Shown piece by piece: positions 24,102 to 38,480 of a stretch of 64,000 bases of DNA. This DNA is from Lingula anatina (lineage: Eukaryota > Animalia > Brachiopoda). The position numbers and the translations under genes were made by a program. Positions within the stretch are counted from its first letter, which is position 1. Each line of letters starts with the position of its first letter. A model generated the notes under the pieces. It was not told the origin of the DNA. It worked only from the letters and a program-made list of their open reading frames with translations, and did not search any database. The DNA is taken from assembly GCA_051362555.1 (NCBI GenBank), contig CM120640.1:4092001-4156000 (forward strand), read 5' to 3'.

Positions 24102-27100
24102 AAAGATGATTGTCAGTACATATAAATGTGTTTTAATAAAACATGGCGATGTAAATGTGATCTTTCATTCAGATTCCACACTGAATCTTGGCAGCCATGT
24201 ACCAGCTTGCCCTGGTCAAACAAATCCAGTAATATCTATCCTTAAACAAATGTAATGGAGTTGGCATTTATAAATAGAAACTCAATCAGCATAATGAAGT
24301 ATGTGAAAACAGTTCACTGTACATATGAACAAATCCTATACTGCCAGGAGGCAGAGACATCTACAAATAATCAACTTGATGATCCACTGGCAGTTACAGG
24401 CCTTCCCAACTACCAGACTCGGCACCTACGGGTCCAGTATAAACCGGTTTATCAGACCACACTACCCGTTTTCAAGGTGTGTGTCAGATCGCATTACAGA
24501 GTATCAGCCACCACACCGATTTTGCCTGGTGCGCGATGTGATAGCAATGATCCTAATCGGGGTTGGAAAGTAGTGCATCTCATCTAGATTCATGCGCTGC
24601 TGCAATTTTCTCTGTTTATGCTAAAATCTGACAGTACCGCAATTTTTAACATAAAATTTAGGTTCGGACATAGCCAATGATGTTTTGTAAATAAGAACTT
24701 GCAAACTTATATATTAATTTAGAAAAGTAGACTTAATTTTGATAGCAGAAGCATATTCTGTCGGGGGTTAAATTATTTTCATGACTACCGGGATGGACGA
24801 GATTGAGGGCAGGGGTAATCCTAGAGAGGGGTGAGAAACGTCTATTGTTCTCGTCAGCGAGGCTGTCCTTTTTCAGGGTTTGTATGCACGGACAGAAAAC
24901 TTAAGTATTGTGGGAACGTTACTAATGAAGCCACTGGTAGTACTAGTAGATATCAGCCTGTAGGCTTGAACAAGCGCCTCTTTTATGCGATCTGACACAC
25001 ACCTTGAAAACGGGTAGTGTGGTCAGATATACCGGTTTATTCTGGACCCGTAGGTGCCGAGTCTGGTAGTTGGGAAGGCCTGAGTTAGCTAAAAACCCAA
25101 CATTGAGTTTTCTGTGCCATCAAAATAAAAGAAAAGACAAAATGATAGATGCAAAAGTGTAGTATATGTATCTTCATCACTAAAACTGACATAAAACATT
25201 CCTCAATAGTTAACCCCTGGCAAGATGAAAAACATCAAATATGCATGTAAAGCTCACAGAAAAATTAGAATTGTGTTTGGAAAAGCATGATGGATTCCCT
25301 TATCCCTTCATACAAGATACTTGTATCCAGTAAAAAGCACATTAAAATAATTTGATAAAATACATATGACAAAAAGCATGAATGTCAAGCACCAGCATTG
25401 TGCAGGGCAATTCCACAGGATGATCAATTACGGGGCCTGCACGGGTGCTTGAGGCCCGATTGAATTATTCAATTTTTTAAGAATGATTTAACATGTACAA
25501 AGCCATTACGAATATTCTTCCGTTTTATGATGTGCTAAAGAGCAAGGGAAATTGTGTCTGGTGGTGCCATATCCTTTTCTCAGGAATTGAATAACCTTGC
25601 ATAACCTACAACAATACTGGCTTTAGAAAAATCACAATGAAATTCATCTACCACAAACAATGGCATCAGTGTGGTTGAATGTACCTGGATAAATAACTGC
25701 ATTTTATTCAAAGGTGATAATAAAAGTTAGGGAAAGGTTGGCTGCCAAGGTTGAATAATGGTTAAACCCTTTTATCTGTTCCAATACCAACAAGTAGTCC
25801 TTTAATTTTTTTAATTAACAAAAGTAATTTCTATTCAATTTCCAAGAAACTGGCACAATGGTAGAACTAGCATACAATGTTGTTGTTTTTTAAATAATTT
25901 CAATAGCCAATTTGAATCCCTCTTTGTCTTAAACATCAATTACTTTGCAAGACATCTTCTATTAATTGCTAGATAAATTACAAAGTAATGACATTTCCTC
26001 AAATTTTGCTACAAGAATCTTGATACTCTCTGAAAAGACCCAGAGCCAAAACAAAATGGAATTTCCCCACAGGCTGATCAATAGCGTCTCTTAATCCATC
26101 TAAATTGCCTTCAATATCATTTACCTAAATTGTTTCATCTCCGCAACAATGCATTGAAATGTCTTCACTTCTCTCAGACAACAGGATGGCTCAATAATGC
26201 TAAGTCAATTGAGCCTCAGTGGTATATAGTGTGATATGAGGATAAAGATATGCTTTCTGCAGCAAAATGGCATGTTACTGCAATACATGAATTATGTCAA
26301 TTTCATCATATTTTTTGTTTGTTTGTGTTTCTTGTAAAATTTATCAGCCAAAAACTAAGACTAAAAGACTACAGTGTTTATTGATTTCCAGTATGTTTCA
26401 CCATTGAAATTATACAATTTGCCAGTTTTTTTTTTCAATAAAAATACTACACAGCTAATCTGGTAAATATACAGACATTTACAAGTAAAAAAGAACACCT
26501 ATGAAAAAAATAACTAGAAAAGCACTCAGAGAGCGCAACTTTTACCAAGGCAAATAATTAACTAATATTTTACTATTACTTAATTTAATAAATTGAAAAT
26601 CATCATCAAAATCTAATCATTTCTTCCTTAGCACATTTGTGACCTATTCTGAAAATTTAATTAATCAATTAGTCAATTAATAAATTAATGGATAATCACC
26701 AATATATAATCATTTCTTCCTTGGTTCATTTGTGACCTATCCAGAAAATTTCATCAAAATCTACATATAAGTAACTAATTTTTTATCTATATATTAATGG
26801 ATTATCTCCAAAATCTTATCACTTCTTCCGTTGTCTATTTCTGAGCTATCCTGAAAATATTTGAAATTGGCCCATTTGTGACTTATCCTGAAAATTAAAA
26901 TAAATAAATGGATGGATCATCACCAAAATTTAATAATATCATCTATGGGCTATTTGGGACCTATCCTCAAAATTTCTTCAAAATCTGTCATTACTTTTTG
27001 TGTAATGGTGTGCACAGACAGACAAACAGTAACAAAAAAATAACCACTTCTGCTGTTGAAGGTAACAAATCAAAAGACACAGATTTAATAACACCTAAAT

Positions 27101-30100
27101 AAGATAGATAGCAGAACAGTGTCTGTATATAAAAAAAGAAAACTTGTACACCTGGGGTATTCATTTGTGAAAGTAATTCTTAGTATTTTGTTATAATGAA
27201 ACTGCCTGATCCTTCATCTTTAAACAAAGCTTTGTGAAGGTCTCCAAGTCCATTTCATTTACAACTAAAAAAAAGGCCGGATGAATCTCTTGAGTTTGAA
27301 CAATCATTGATTTTTCTTGTAAGGATTTAGGTGCTTTTCCTGAGTAGTAATTGTATGAAATCAATATTCAAAGGTTGAGCTTAGCTTTAAATCTGTTAAT
27401 ATACTCAAATAACAATGCATCTTCAGAGTTGAAAACTTGTGATTCTGTGGGAAAAATATCTTTTTTTTCCTCACTAAATGAGACATATTTACTCAGAACT
27501 GACTGGATTAGAAATCAAACAAGGAAATTACCTGCATCATGTTCTTGCTGTATGCCAGAAAGGATTGAACACTGTAGGTCCCCCATTGCGACACTGACTG
27601 GGGTCCCCTTAGCCAAACCATACCAATCAGAAGATAGGTGGCCAGCTATGGAACCTGGTGGTCGCACCTCAGGCAGAATGTGAACTGGAAACTGTGCCCT
27701 AGAAAGTCTGGAAAATTTAGAATTTTATGAGAGAGAGCTGGAGTCTTAGCATCTTAAGTTTTGGAGTTCCATATAAAGATGAGATAAATGACAGGTCAAA
27801 TCTTTATCAGGGGTGGATTGCGACCATCTTCTGGATCTTCAGGAAGACAGGTATCTAATTTTCTCTGTCAGAAGTCAAAATTGGAGGACGGATTAACAAA
27901 GATCATTTGGAAGACTGTCAGAAAATATATCTGGATCCACCCCTGTTTATGCTTTCATCATATTATTTTTGATTTATTTTTTGCTCTCCTTAACTTACCT
28001 GACATCACCATAATTTACCTTCTCGTTTCAACTATATGAGCACTGTATTTAAAGAAATCTAGTATCTTTCTTTTTCCACAAGATGTAATAATCATTGTCT
28101 CTCAAGAAACCTTTAATAGATTTATGAAATCACCCCCATCATCCTTCAAAATATTGACAAACCTGTTCAACACGATATTGCATTCAGTCAATTAAGATAA
28201 TAACTTCAAGAACAATCTAAGAAAGATCAATGACATTTTCATTGCTCCGTTTTCTTGGAAATTACTCTTTGATATACTGCACAAAAATTTTCATTGATTC
28301 TAGAAATAATTCTCTTTCAGTTGAAGCATCTTTCATCCAGCCTACTTTCTTTACTAATTCAATCAACAAGTGGGGCACTATTTTATCCCTGGTAACAAGC
28401 TGACTGAAATCACCAATGTCACATATAGAACTATGGTCAATGTCCGATAGAGTCACCAGAGGAAAGCCTTTGCACTAAACAGAACATTCAATGAAAACAC
28501 TTTGATCCATTTATCAAGAAAGAGAAATGGATCTTCAAAGGGTTTTATGGTCTATTCAGAGAATGGTCAAAGAATGAAAAGTTCAAGTCGATAATAAAAA
28601 CTTATCTTCTCTAAGACTGCATTCCCATAGATTTAGATCGATCCATCTAGATTGACCTAACTCCCTGGGGGTTCACGCTATATTGATGTCAGCCAAGCGC
28701 GTACGGTAGTTAATTACCCCCTTACAGCTTTTAGTAGGTGGGACAGATGCTTAAGCCGGCTAAGCTGACAGTAATCTAGAGAGACTCCCCTACAGGGATA
28801 GATCCATCTAAAATCTGTGGAAAATGGGGTCTAAGCCATATCTCAAAGACACCTCTTCTTTGCAACTTAAATAACTGCATTTTTACTAAAATATTCAAAA
28901 GTTATTAAAAAATTTATTCCAATCTCTAATTCCTACAAATTGATCAGAAATATATATATATGATAACAAGTCTTATTAGACTGCTCTAATAAAATATGAT
29001 CTGAACTCTTAACTTTCTTTAAATATCAGAGTGTCACATACAAGAGCTGTGCAAGGAGGGTTTCAATCCATGTTAATTGCCCTGATAATTGCTCAAAACA
29101 GTTCTGTTACCTCCTTTACACTTAAATAAAATTCCTTTTATTTTCCTCAAGTGAAAATTGGAATAATGCAATATTATCTCAGATTTGTTCATTCAAAAGA
29201 CAGTAAGACTTAAATACAGAAAACAAGGTAGCCACAGAAGAAACAATGTTAATGTTTGAACATTATTATCTGAAGAACTTACAGAAGTAATTGCCAAGTT
29301 TATTTGATATTATCTTCTGTGGATGCATGATTCTGCTGTAAGTTAGTCTGTGAAGTATTGTCAATCAAGTAAAATAAATTTTGAACTTTTCAATTCCTAC
29401 ACAAACTTTTGAATTAAAGCACACCTATGGTGAAAGTTTTCAATGCAAAGGTTTGTGTAGGAACTGAAAAATTAAAAATCTACTCAACTCAACCTCTGTG
29501 GATGAGTTTCTTTTTTATACCACAATTAATCAGCATATGTGTGCTTTATGTCAAAAATATAAAAAAAAATTGTTCATTCTGCTTGGATAAAATCAAGAAT
29601 ACTAGAATTTGCCCTGTCAAAAAAAAAGGGTCAAATAGCTTGTGGGCACTGAAAGTCAGTTGACACTGCAGTCATTACAGCTCAACAGGTTCATCATTAA
29701 ATAATGAAATCTTCATTAAGGTATAAGGTCAGTATACTGAGTATGGATGGACCAAGTTTGACATTATTCCAAAAGAGAAAAGGGGTCCAGTGCTTTTGTT
29801 AACAAGAAAAACCCTCAACCAAAAGAAAAAATGGAAATATGAAAACTACCACATATAATAATATTTCTGAGTAAATAGAAATGCATTTTTTATATCAAGT
29901 GGATACAGCTGGACGTTTACGTACTTACAGGTAAAAAGACGATTAATGATTTAGTGCATACCTCAGCAGTAATATAATTGCATCCAGCTGTTATATGATA
30001 TAAAAGGCACAACTCACATTACTCTAGATGTTATATTTAGAACTGATATAAACAACCTAATTTGTTATATAAATATAGAACTGATATAACCCTTGATAAC

Positions 30101-31373
30101 TTACACAGGCTGTGGTAATAATGCAATATTGCATTTCTTTGGGAATGATTCTTCTGGTTGTTCACAGTGGGGTCTATTTTGAATTTCTTAAAAGAGTGTG
30201 TGTGTGCAAGGGTAGATCCAATATTATTTGAAGGTGGGGGGGGGGGGGGGGGGGGTGAGTCTGCAGATGTGAAGCCCACCCTCCCACTCCTTGGTGTGGG
30301 GCCCTGGACCCGCTTAAGGGCCGCAAAAAATTTTGGTATTTCAGAGGGTGAACAGTGCCATTTGGTACTGTTAAGAAGTATGATTCAGCGAGTCAAAAGT
30401 CTAATTTCAAGAGGGGACCATTGGTGTGATTTTTTTCCAGAAATTGAAGGGGGGGTGGGCAGGACCCTCCCCCCTGACCACCGCTCTAAATCCGCCACTG
30501 TGTGTGTGAATGGCCAATCTTGTCCTACCTAGAGGTAGTGAACTACATTACAACCTGCTGGGTTAACCCCCAATCCAAACAACTCAGATCGTAACAAGGA
30601 GGAATATAATCCCCCCCCCCCCCAAGTACCTAGCTCTTTGAATAATTATGCAAGGATAATAAGCAATTGGTCCGTCAAAACAAAACATAAATAAATAAAA
30701 TAAAAATAAATGAAAAATTTAACTTTGAGATTTTATACCAGACTTACATGTCTGTATTCCATGAATTTGCAATAGTGCTGAAGTAGCCCCAACTGGCTGC
30801 ATTTTGTGTTGACATCACAGGCTTTGACAGTTCACATAGAGTGGCCACAAAAAAGTCTTGGATTGTACCGGCACAGTCATATTTATCTAAAAGCTCAGGG
30901 TGGTTCTTTTTATACCAGAATATAGTAGCACACCCATAACCAGTGGACAATCTTAAGTGAGAATCATGCCGTGGCAAGGTCTCTAAGAATTCAGGGGTAC
31001 ATCGACAGTCCTGCCAAGTGGTAAGGTTACTGGTGCTTTCCACCTCAAACCTCCCAAACGGGTTCTTGCTCCATGCCTTCCCCCGCTTCCAAAACATCAC
31101 CCCGTGCATCTGTCCCGATATTCCAATTTTAAGGACATGAGACAGCTTATCTCGTGGAAGACGTGACACCATGTACTGTAAGGCCGTGATGATCTTCTTC
31201 GGGTCCTGCTCGTTCGCAAGGGGACCATTGTCACGACTGGAAACTGACGCCTGGGTGTCCGCAGAAGACGCCGCCACTACCTCGTTAGTGGCACAGTCAA
31301 CAATGGCCGCTTTGACAGTCGTTGTCCCTAAGTCGAGACCCAGAACGTACCTCCGCTCCGAACTTAGCGCCAT
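22506..31373 (-). CDS. SHPK: Sedoheptulokinase (FGGY carbohydrate kinase family), about 461 aa, 4 exons
   Basis: Exons 31373-30748, 27707-27532, 23347-23150, 22891-22506 (1386 nt, in frame). Motifs LGLDLGTTTVKA, IGISGQMHGV, TWQDCRC, TGYGCATIFW, QNAASWGYF, GDLQCS, LNISTSAQ, AASLTGGNV, GERH, GSGAAL. Confidence 0.95.
24046..24103. repeat. (CA)n microsatellite followed by poly(A)
   Basis: About 17 CA units, then an A run. Confidence 0.85.
24397..25082. mobile_element. Non-autonomous DNA transposon with about 100-bp TIRs and 5-bp TSD (hAT-like termini)
   Basis: CAGGCCTTCCCAACTACCAGACTCGGCACCTACGGGTCCAG... is mirrored at about 24985-25082. AGTTA lies on both sides (24392-24396, 25083-25087). Confidence 0.9.
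26513..27066 (-). mobile_element. HINE family B copy with degenerate internal tandem repeats
   Basis: ACTAGAAAAGCACTCAGAGAGCGCA end hairpin. Repeated atcatttcttcct..tttgtgacctat..gaaaatt units, an ACAGACAGACAAAC microsatellite, and degenerate terminus ataaccacttc..gaaggtaa. Confidence 0.75.
27808..27945 (-). mobile_element. MITE family C copy 2
   Basis: TIR CAGGGGTGGAT / ATCCACCCCTG; TSD TTTAT / TTTAT. Confidence 0.85.
28612..28835. mobile_element. Palindromic PIF/Harbinger-like MITE family D
   Basis: TAA-flanked imperfect foldback (agatttagatcgatccatctag ... gatagatccatctaaaatct). Reverse copy at 62716-62935; terminal fragments at about 6351 and 49373. Confidence 0.75.
30207..30500. mobile_element. 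GC-rich MITE inserted in a (TG)n tract
   Basis: Ends caagggtagatcc / aaatccgccactg, internal G-runs, TGTGTGTG on both sides. Confidence 0.55.
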
Positions 31374-31834
31374 GTTGTTGATTGCGCTTTAAATCGGTGT
31401 GTGATTGGCTGTGACGCTTTGTCCTACTTAAAGTGTGTTTCTGTTAAAAGGCGTCTTATCTGAGCAGGGTTAAAGTGCACACGTTAAAGATCTTTGGATT
31501 GCAATATATCCGTAATAACATATTGATATCATCATGATGATTTTTTATTCCTACATTCTATAAAGTTATTTTTGAAAACTATTTTGAAAATGAGAATTTA
31601 ATAAGGAGAAAGAAAGGTAAAGACAATTATGGATAACTGTCAGTGTTTCTTTATCAAGGTTAAGAAACTGATAGTATGAGTTTGTGCTCCGTGTAGGCCT
31701 ATGTCCCGTTTTATATATTTTCATTTTTATGTTTTTCAATTAATTTTGCAAGATTAATTAATTATTTTGCTGCCTTAAGGTCTAACGGGCTGTGTAGCCC
31801 TACAGTATATGCCATTTAAGAAATCTTTTGTATC

Positions 31835-31886
<52 letters not shown>

Positions 31887-32461
31887 GAATCATAAGACAT
31901 CAGTTTTGTTTGGGAATTATACAGGGTGGTTATTGACAAGAATGACGAGAATAAAAGATAGACATATGGTTTACACACAAGCCACTTTTTTAATGACATG
32001 AAATTAACCGTGGTTAAACCAGAAAAACACTCGATCTGCCGATCGGCAGCGGGGTATATAGGGAATGTGAAATTGATGTGTCGGATGTGTAACTATTTAA
32101 ACACCTGAATTCCCTGATAACACACACTTTGGCGACTTGTGTTTACAGTAAATATCCGACCTGTCATTTATGAATTAAGTATTCGAAACCCCAAGAATTC
32201 AGATACTAAAAATTGTTCGTCACCAAAATGACATGCATGAGCAAGAATCACGTCAAAATCACACACAGATATATAAACCAACGCTTTTTCTTAAATATTA
32301 GGCTTTACGAGTCAAACGATTTAAAAGCAAATCACATAATTTAAAGACCAAGGGTATTTAATTGTTATTTATTATTTTTTTTCACGTGTGTTGAAGTTTT
32401 GAATATCATGCTACAAGTAAATTTAACAATGCATGGCGGCTGAAGTACAGTAATCAGTGGG

Positions 32462-32760
32462 GGTCATGTCGATACTCCCCCGCACCGATACTTCCCCGCA
32501 CCAATAATCCCCCTTAGTAAATTTCTGTGTATTATGCAAATCGATACGACCCCACACCGATAGATCCCCGCATCGATACATCCCCAGTAAAATTGCCGAT
32601 GTAAAATTGCCGCTACTCCCCCACTCCGATACTTCCCCACTTCCCGCATCGATACTGCGGGGAAGTATTGGTACGGGGGAGCATCGGTGAGGGGAAGTAT
32701 TGGTGCGGGGATGTACCGGTGCGGGGCAGTATCGGTGCGGGGACGTATAGGGATGTAATC
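32462..32760. mobile_element. Foldback MITE built from CCCCGCACCGATAC subrepeats
   Basis: The left part has repeated ccccgcaccgatac-like units; the right part has the inverted gtatcggtgcgggg units. It lies between the SHPK and SYF2 starts. Confidence 0.7.
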
Positions 32761-33664
32761 AATGTATCCTCGTCGATGGGGCAGTTGACAGTGGAAAACA
32801 CGGTTGGCACAATTAGTAGTTTTAAAATAGTGGCAAAGTAGGTCTAAATGGCCAGGTGTGGGACTAGGGCGAAGAGAAATAGAAGGTAAAGGCTAAAATG
32901 CATTTTAAAAATAATTAAGAAAAAGAGTACCGCTGGGGGTTCGTCCTGGTACATAGGGTCCCTCAGTACGGTTCCCAGGGCTCTTTTTTTTTTTTTTTTT
33001 TTTTTTTGGGGGGGGGGGGGGGCGGGGGCGATGTGTAATAGGGGGAAAGTTATTTGCATTTTGACATAAAATGAAAAAAAAAAAGACTTTTATTTATTTT
33101 TATAAAGCAACCAAACGAAATTTTTTTTATTTCCTGACGAAGTGAAAATCAGTTTGTCACCGCCTACAGCGGTTTTTTGGCCTCATTATCCTAATGAAAA
33201 ATGTCCAAACAGAACGTAAAATTGTTAGAAATAAAATCAAAATGAACTAGACTGAGAGGCGACTGTACCCAAAAATAATAAGACCATTTTGAATTTGTTT
33301 ATCAGACGACCAATTTAACATTTGTCAGGCTGCCTCTACCCCTACCCTTCCCCCACCGCTCTTAAGGCTGCTGAATCTAGGCCCTACTAGATACTCTCCC
33401 CTCTCCGGCATGGAGCCGGGCGTGCGGCGTTTATCGAGTTTATCTCCGTTAAGATTATCATTTAGTCATTATTCTCATAAACCCCAAGTTTTTCAAGTGA
33501 CAACAATTAATTAAACAGATTTCAACAAAAGGAAAACAATTTTTTGAAGAGACATTTATTCCGATAAACGTGAGACGACGCAATCTAGTTTCGTTTGTTC
33601 TTTGCGTACAGCTAGCACAATCAGCAGGGCGAGCTTCTGTAAAAAGAGATCTGAAAACGAGACA

Positions 33665-36100
33665 ATGTCTACACAGGTACGTATTGTAGAAACTTTGTTA
33701 AAATAAAATGACAAATTTCACCAATTTTCAAAATATTTTATGTAAGAATGTGCTGTATAAAGTTAAATGAATATTATATCTATGGGAAATGAGAAATAGA
33801 TGTGGTATGTTTACCTTATTTATAGTGAAACAAGAGTAGGCTTTGGAAGTTCTTGAAACTGGCTGTTTTGTGTTAACTCTAGTTGAAACGTAATGGGGTC
33901 ATGTCAAAAATAATAATTAACAGTTGTTTGTGCTGTTTATCTTTTTTTAAGGATCCAGAAGCAGGCACTTCATCAACAAGTGGAGCATCTAGCAGAGAAG
34001 ACAGACTCAAAAGACTTAAAGAACTGCATTTGAGAAGGGTAAGTAAGCAATTCTAAGTCTTGTAAATTAATAATAATTAGCGTACATGTGAATATAAAAT
34101 CTCGTAACAGATGTAGTCGTAACAAGCCTTGGAACTTAACCATGTACATGCAGTTTGTGAAAAGGAGAGAAATGCTAGTGACGTCAACAGTTTTAATACA
34201 GACTTTCTGGTGAACACTTCATTTTCAAACAGCTGTCAATCGATGTATTTTATTAGTTTATTCATAGCTTTAGAAATCAATATTTTTTAGAATGAAGCAA
34301 GAAAACTTAACCACCAAGAAGTAGTAGAAGAGGACAGGAGAAAGAAACTTCCCACAAATTGGGAAGCTAAGAGAAAGAGGGTGGAATGGGAGGAGGAAGA
34401 GGAAAAGAAAAGACAAGTAGGATATAATATTTCCCTAATCATACGTCAACCCTCTACCTTACCTGCCATTAGGGTTAACATCAGTCACAAATTCATAATG
34501 TACTTAAATGTACCATGCTCTTTAATACAATCTAAGGCAAAAATCTGAAACATGTGACAATACATACAAAGATAATTTTATTAATTATTAAATTTTTACA
34601 CATAAGGTTTAAACAATACATTTTTCATAAATCAATAAAGTAATTAAATATAAAATAAAAATTTACATTTTACTACTCTACATTATTGAGCTTAAATATT
34701 TACGGTATGACATGTATGCATTTGTGTAACAAGATGCGTCACCCACTGTATGCTTTATACGAGTATGATTATTGAGGTATATACTTTCCTCTATTTGAAC
34801 TAGCTTATGTATATGGAAGCATCAGGTGAAGCATGGTGCGCACTGAAGTATATTTAAATACAAGCAAGTGCACACCCCTTGTGAATGATGTACGAGTGTG
34901 ATTTTCCTTTTTATCAAAGCACAACTTGTGGGATAAATTAGGGTGACCATGTATTGAAGTTAAGCACTTGCCCTGGGAGAGGCTGGGACAACTGTTTCTA
35001 GTACTGTTATAAATTGCTGTCCTTATTCCAGGAATGTGAGGCAAAAGGAGAGGACTATGACAGGGTGAAGTTACTGGATGTGGGGGCGGATGAAGCTGAG
35101 AGGTGGGAGAGGAAAAAGAAGAAGAAAAACCCTGATCCTGGTTTTTCAGGTAAGTTTTGAATGAAATGATTAACAGACATTTTGCAGAAGGAATTTAGTT
35201 TCTTTAATGTAAAATGTAGAATATTTTTAATTGGTTGAGTTTAATTGACTTGTTTATTGAACTTTGAACTTTTGTTTTCCTCAGATTATGAAGCTGCCAC
35301 ACACAGACAGTATCAGAGGCTGACAAAACAGTTGAAGCCAGATATGAATGATTATGAGAGGAAGAAGGAAAAAATGTAAGATATAAAATGATTTTGAATT
35401 GGAGTAATTAGAGTGAAAGTTGCCTGGTAAAGGTGACATTTTCAAAACTTTTTAAACATAAGCAAAAGAGGTGTGTTTGTGTGTGCATGTGTGAGAATGA
35501 TCGAAGTATTTCACAGTATGATTTCATCTAATACTGATAAACAAACTATAAGATGATAATTATAAACATTTGCTTGTTCTCTATTTTTGAAAGTGGAAGA
35601 CTGTAATATGAATGTATTGTTCCCATAGGGGTGAGGAATTCTATGCTGACACCAGTACTCTGATCACATCACAACCAACTGACAGCAAGGAAGCCATTGA
35701 CAGGATGGTGGAAGATGTGGAGAAACAGTAAGTTAGACTTTGACATCAGTTTATGTTGGTCACGGTAATGGTGACCTTTTTTTACGGTTGGTTTAAAATT
35801 GGTTACTCTTATTCCGTTTTATATCTGCAACTTTTATTGTCTGTTTAAGGAAATCTAGGGTGTTAATACAATGAAGACAAAGGTCTTTTCATATTTTTCA
35901 TGCTTAATTTTGTATAAAATCATCTTTATTCCAGAATTGAAGAGAGGTCTAAATATAGCAGAAGGAGAGCACATGATGAAGATGCAGATATTGACTACAT
36001 TAACGACCGTAATGCAAAATTCAACAAGAAACTGGAGAGATTTTATGGACAATATACCACGGAAATTAAGCAAAACTTGGAGAGAGGAACAGCTGTATAG
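33665..36100 (+). CDS. SYF2: Pre-mRNA-splicing factor SYF2, about 232 aa, 7 exons
   Basis: Exons 33665-33676, 33952-34038, 34291-34416, 35032-35149, 35285-35375, 35629-35727, 35935-36100 (699 nt). Motifs [83 protein letters not shown]. Confidence 0.95.
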
Positions 36101-37166
36101 TTGAAGAGATTAACCTTTGTATAGAAGTGTGACTTGCAGGACTTAATTATCTTCATTTTAATGATTAAAATATTTTTTTAGTTTTTGCACATTCATTAAA
36201 ATGTGCCAAGTTCAAATACATTGGGTGGACCACAAATGCATATTGTAAAAAATAAAATAACTGTAGTAGTTCAGCATGTTCTATTTTATCATGTATCATA
36301 TTTGAAGACATTTTGCATTACATTTACATAATCATAAAATGAAACATGAATGTATGAAAAATAAATAGAATTTGAAAATGCATTTAGCAGGTTTGTTAAT
36401 TTATTTTGATATGTAAGCCTCCTTGAAATGGTGAATTGTTTCTTTTCTAATTTATTTCATATTTTAAAGCTGCAAGATGTCGTGGGCATTACCTTGGCTG
36501 AGAAGGTAGTACTGACATTATGTAGGCTTCATATAAACTTATTTATGCAGTTTTATTGTCTTTAGATCTGAACTGGAAAATATAAGTTTTGCAGAATAGA
36601 AATATGATTAGGGAATTTTTAGCATATGAAGGATACCTTTAGCAGAATTTCTGGGATAGATTGTATTTTATAAATGCGAGAATTAATTACTTCAATTTCT
36701 TGTCTGTAATGAACAATCTCACAGCGAAAGGCATTTGGGCACCCAAACTGCTGAGCAATTGAAGACGCCAACACTGCAATAAGGAAGTTAATTGGAAATG
36801 TTTTTTTTATTATTTCTGTTTAGATTTTACAGTTTAAACTACAATACTTCCATTTAACATTTATGTTGTTTATATCTAAGTAAACAACATTATCACATTA
36901 AATTCACATTTAATACAAGCACCATAAATTAATCAAATGTTTCTTTATAAATTAATAAAAGTTAGAACCCCTCTGTTTGTACGAGCAGCACTTAGACTGT
37001 TTAGATTGATAAGATCCATAAGCAGCAATTCCTGTAAACTGCAGCATTTCTATCACAGTTCAAATCCAATACTGATATAGTTAGTTAGTAATAGGTGCCC
37101 TCCCTTAGCATCCTCATCCACAAACACATGAAAGTGACAACTGTTCCTAACAAATTCTTTGTTTTA

Positions 37167-38423
37167 TCATCGATAGAGAAAGCTGACATATTCCTGGTAC
37201 TTCTTCAAGCTTGCTATACTAGGGGTCTGAGCCCCTTCCTTCCCCACCCTGACACAGTTGGTGTAAACCTCCCTGGAGTACCTGCTGATGCAAGGTGGTG
37301 TCACTTCCTTGGAACTGTCCAATGTGAAGATGCTTCTTCTGATTCTGATGAAGGAGTAAAAGGAAATCAATAGCAAGTAGTAACAAGTTGAGTTGCTAGA
37401 AATGGTGCTATAGACAGTTAAAATGACACTAAGCTTAAAGCTGAAGTTACAACATTAAAAACCCTTTTTGGTATGTAATACTTCTGATATGGTACTGGGA
37501 CCCATATCTCGAGGTTCACGCTACACTGGTACGATATGGATATATGGAAATATGTTCAGATATGGATATTACATATCTTCAAATAAACAAATAAACAGTT
37601 ACATTTAGTATCTAAAACTTACAGTGTTGTACTTGCACGTGCACCGTCCTCGTAATCCAAATTGTTGGATGCATTCTCGCCAATCTGAACGTACCTGGAG
37701 ATTAAAAAGAAAACTTAATACTTTTTCACAAACTTTAAAAGATGATTTTAACTTGTTTAACTGTGAATCGATTGCATAAAAGTTATAGTTATCATTTTAA
37801 AAGGAAGTTGTATTATAACAAACAAAAGAAGAAAAATAGCAGACTTGCCTTTTATAAACGCTCTTGTCTGTTTTTGTCAGGTCTGTAATCTCCACTCCAT
37901 AGGTTTCTTCCATTGTTGGGAAAATGCTCTAAAATATGACAAAAATATCTGTGATCAGAACAATAGAAAGCCATCAGAATCTGGTATTAATTTGGTTCCA
38001 GTTTTTATAACCCTTTCATATCTATCAAATTGTAACCTTGCTTCCCTGAAATCCAAAAAGGCAAAACTGTCTGCTTATGAAAGTTACAGGGTATCTAGAA
38101 AATAAGATTACCTTCAAATGAAACAAAACTTGTATATAATAATAAATAATCAGATTATTATCATTATATTCATCACACTAATTCTTGCCCTTTCTATCCG
38201 ACATTTACCTGAAAAGAGATGTATTTTGACTTGCTGGCCATACCGATGCTTTCATCAGAGTCTGAGCTCTCTACATCTCCCTCTATACTGGCTTCTTCAC
38301 CGTCTTCTTCGCTGTCTGAGGACTGTGTGGACATTGTGGAATCCTTGCCAGATATGTTTGGGTTTGGATCTATGGCAGTGCTTTTAAGAGAAAAAAGCAA
38401 TGCAGTGCAAAAGATAATTATGC

Positions 38424-38480
<57 letters not shown>

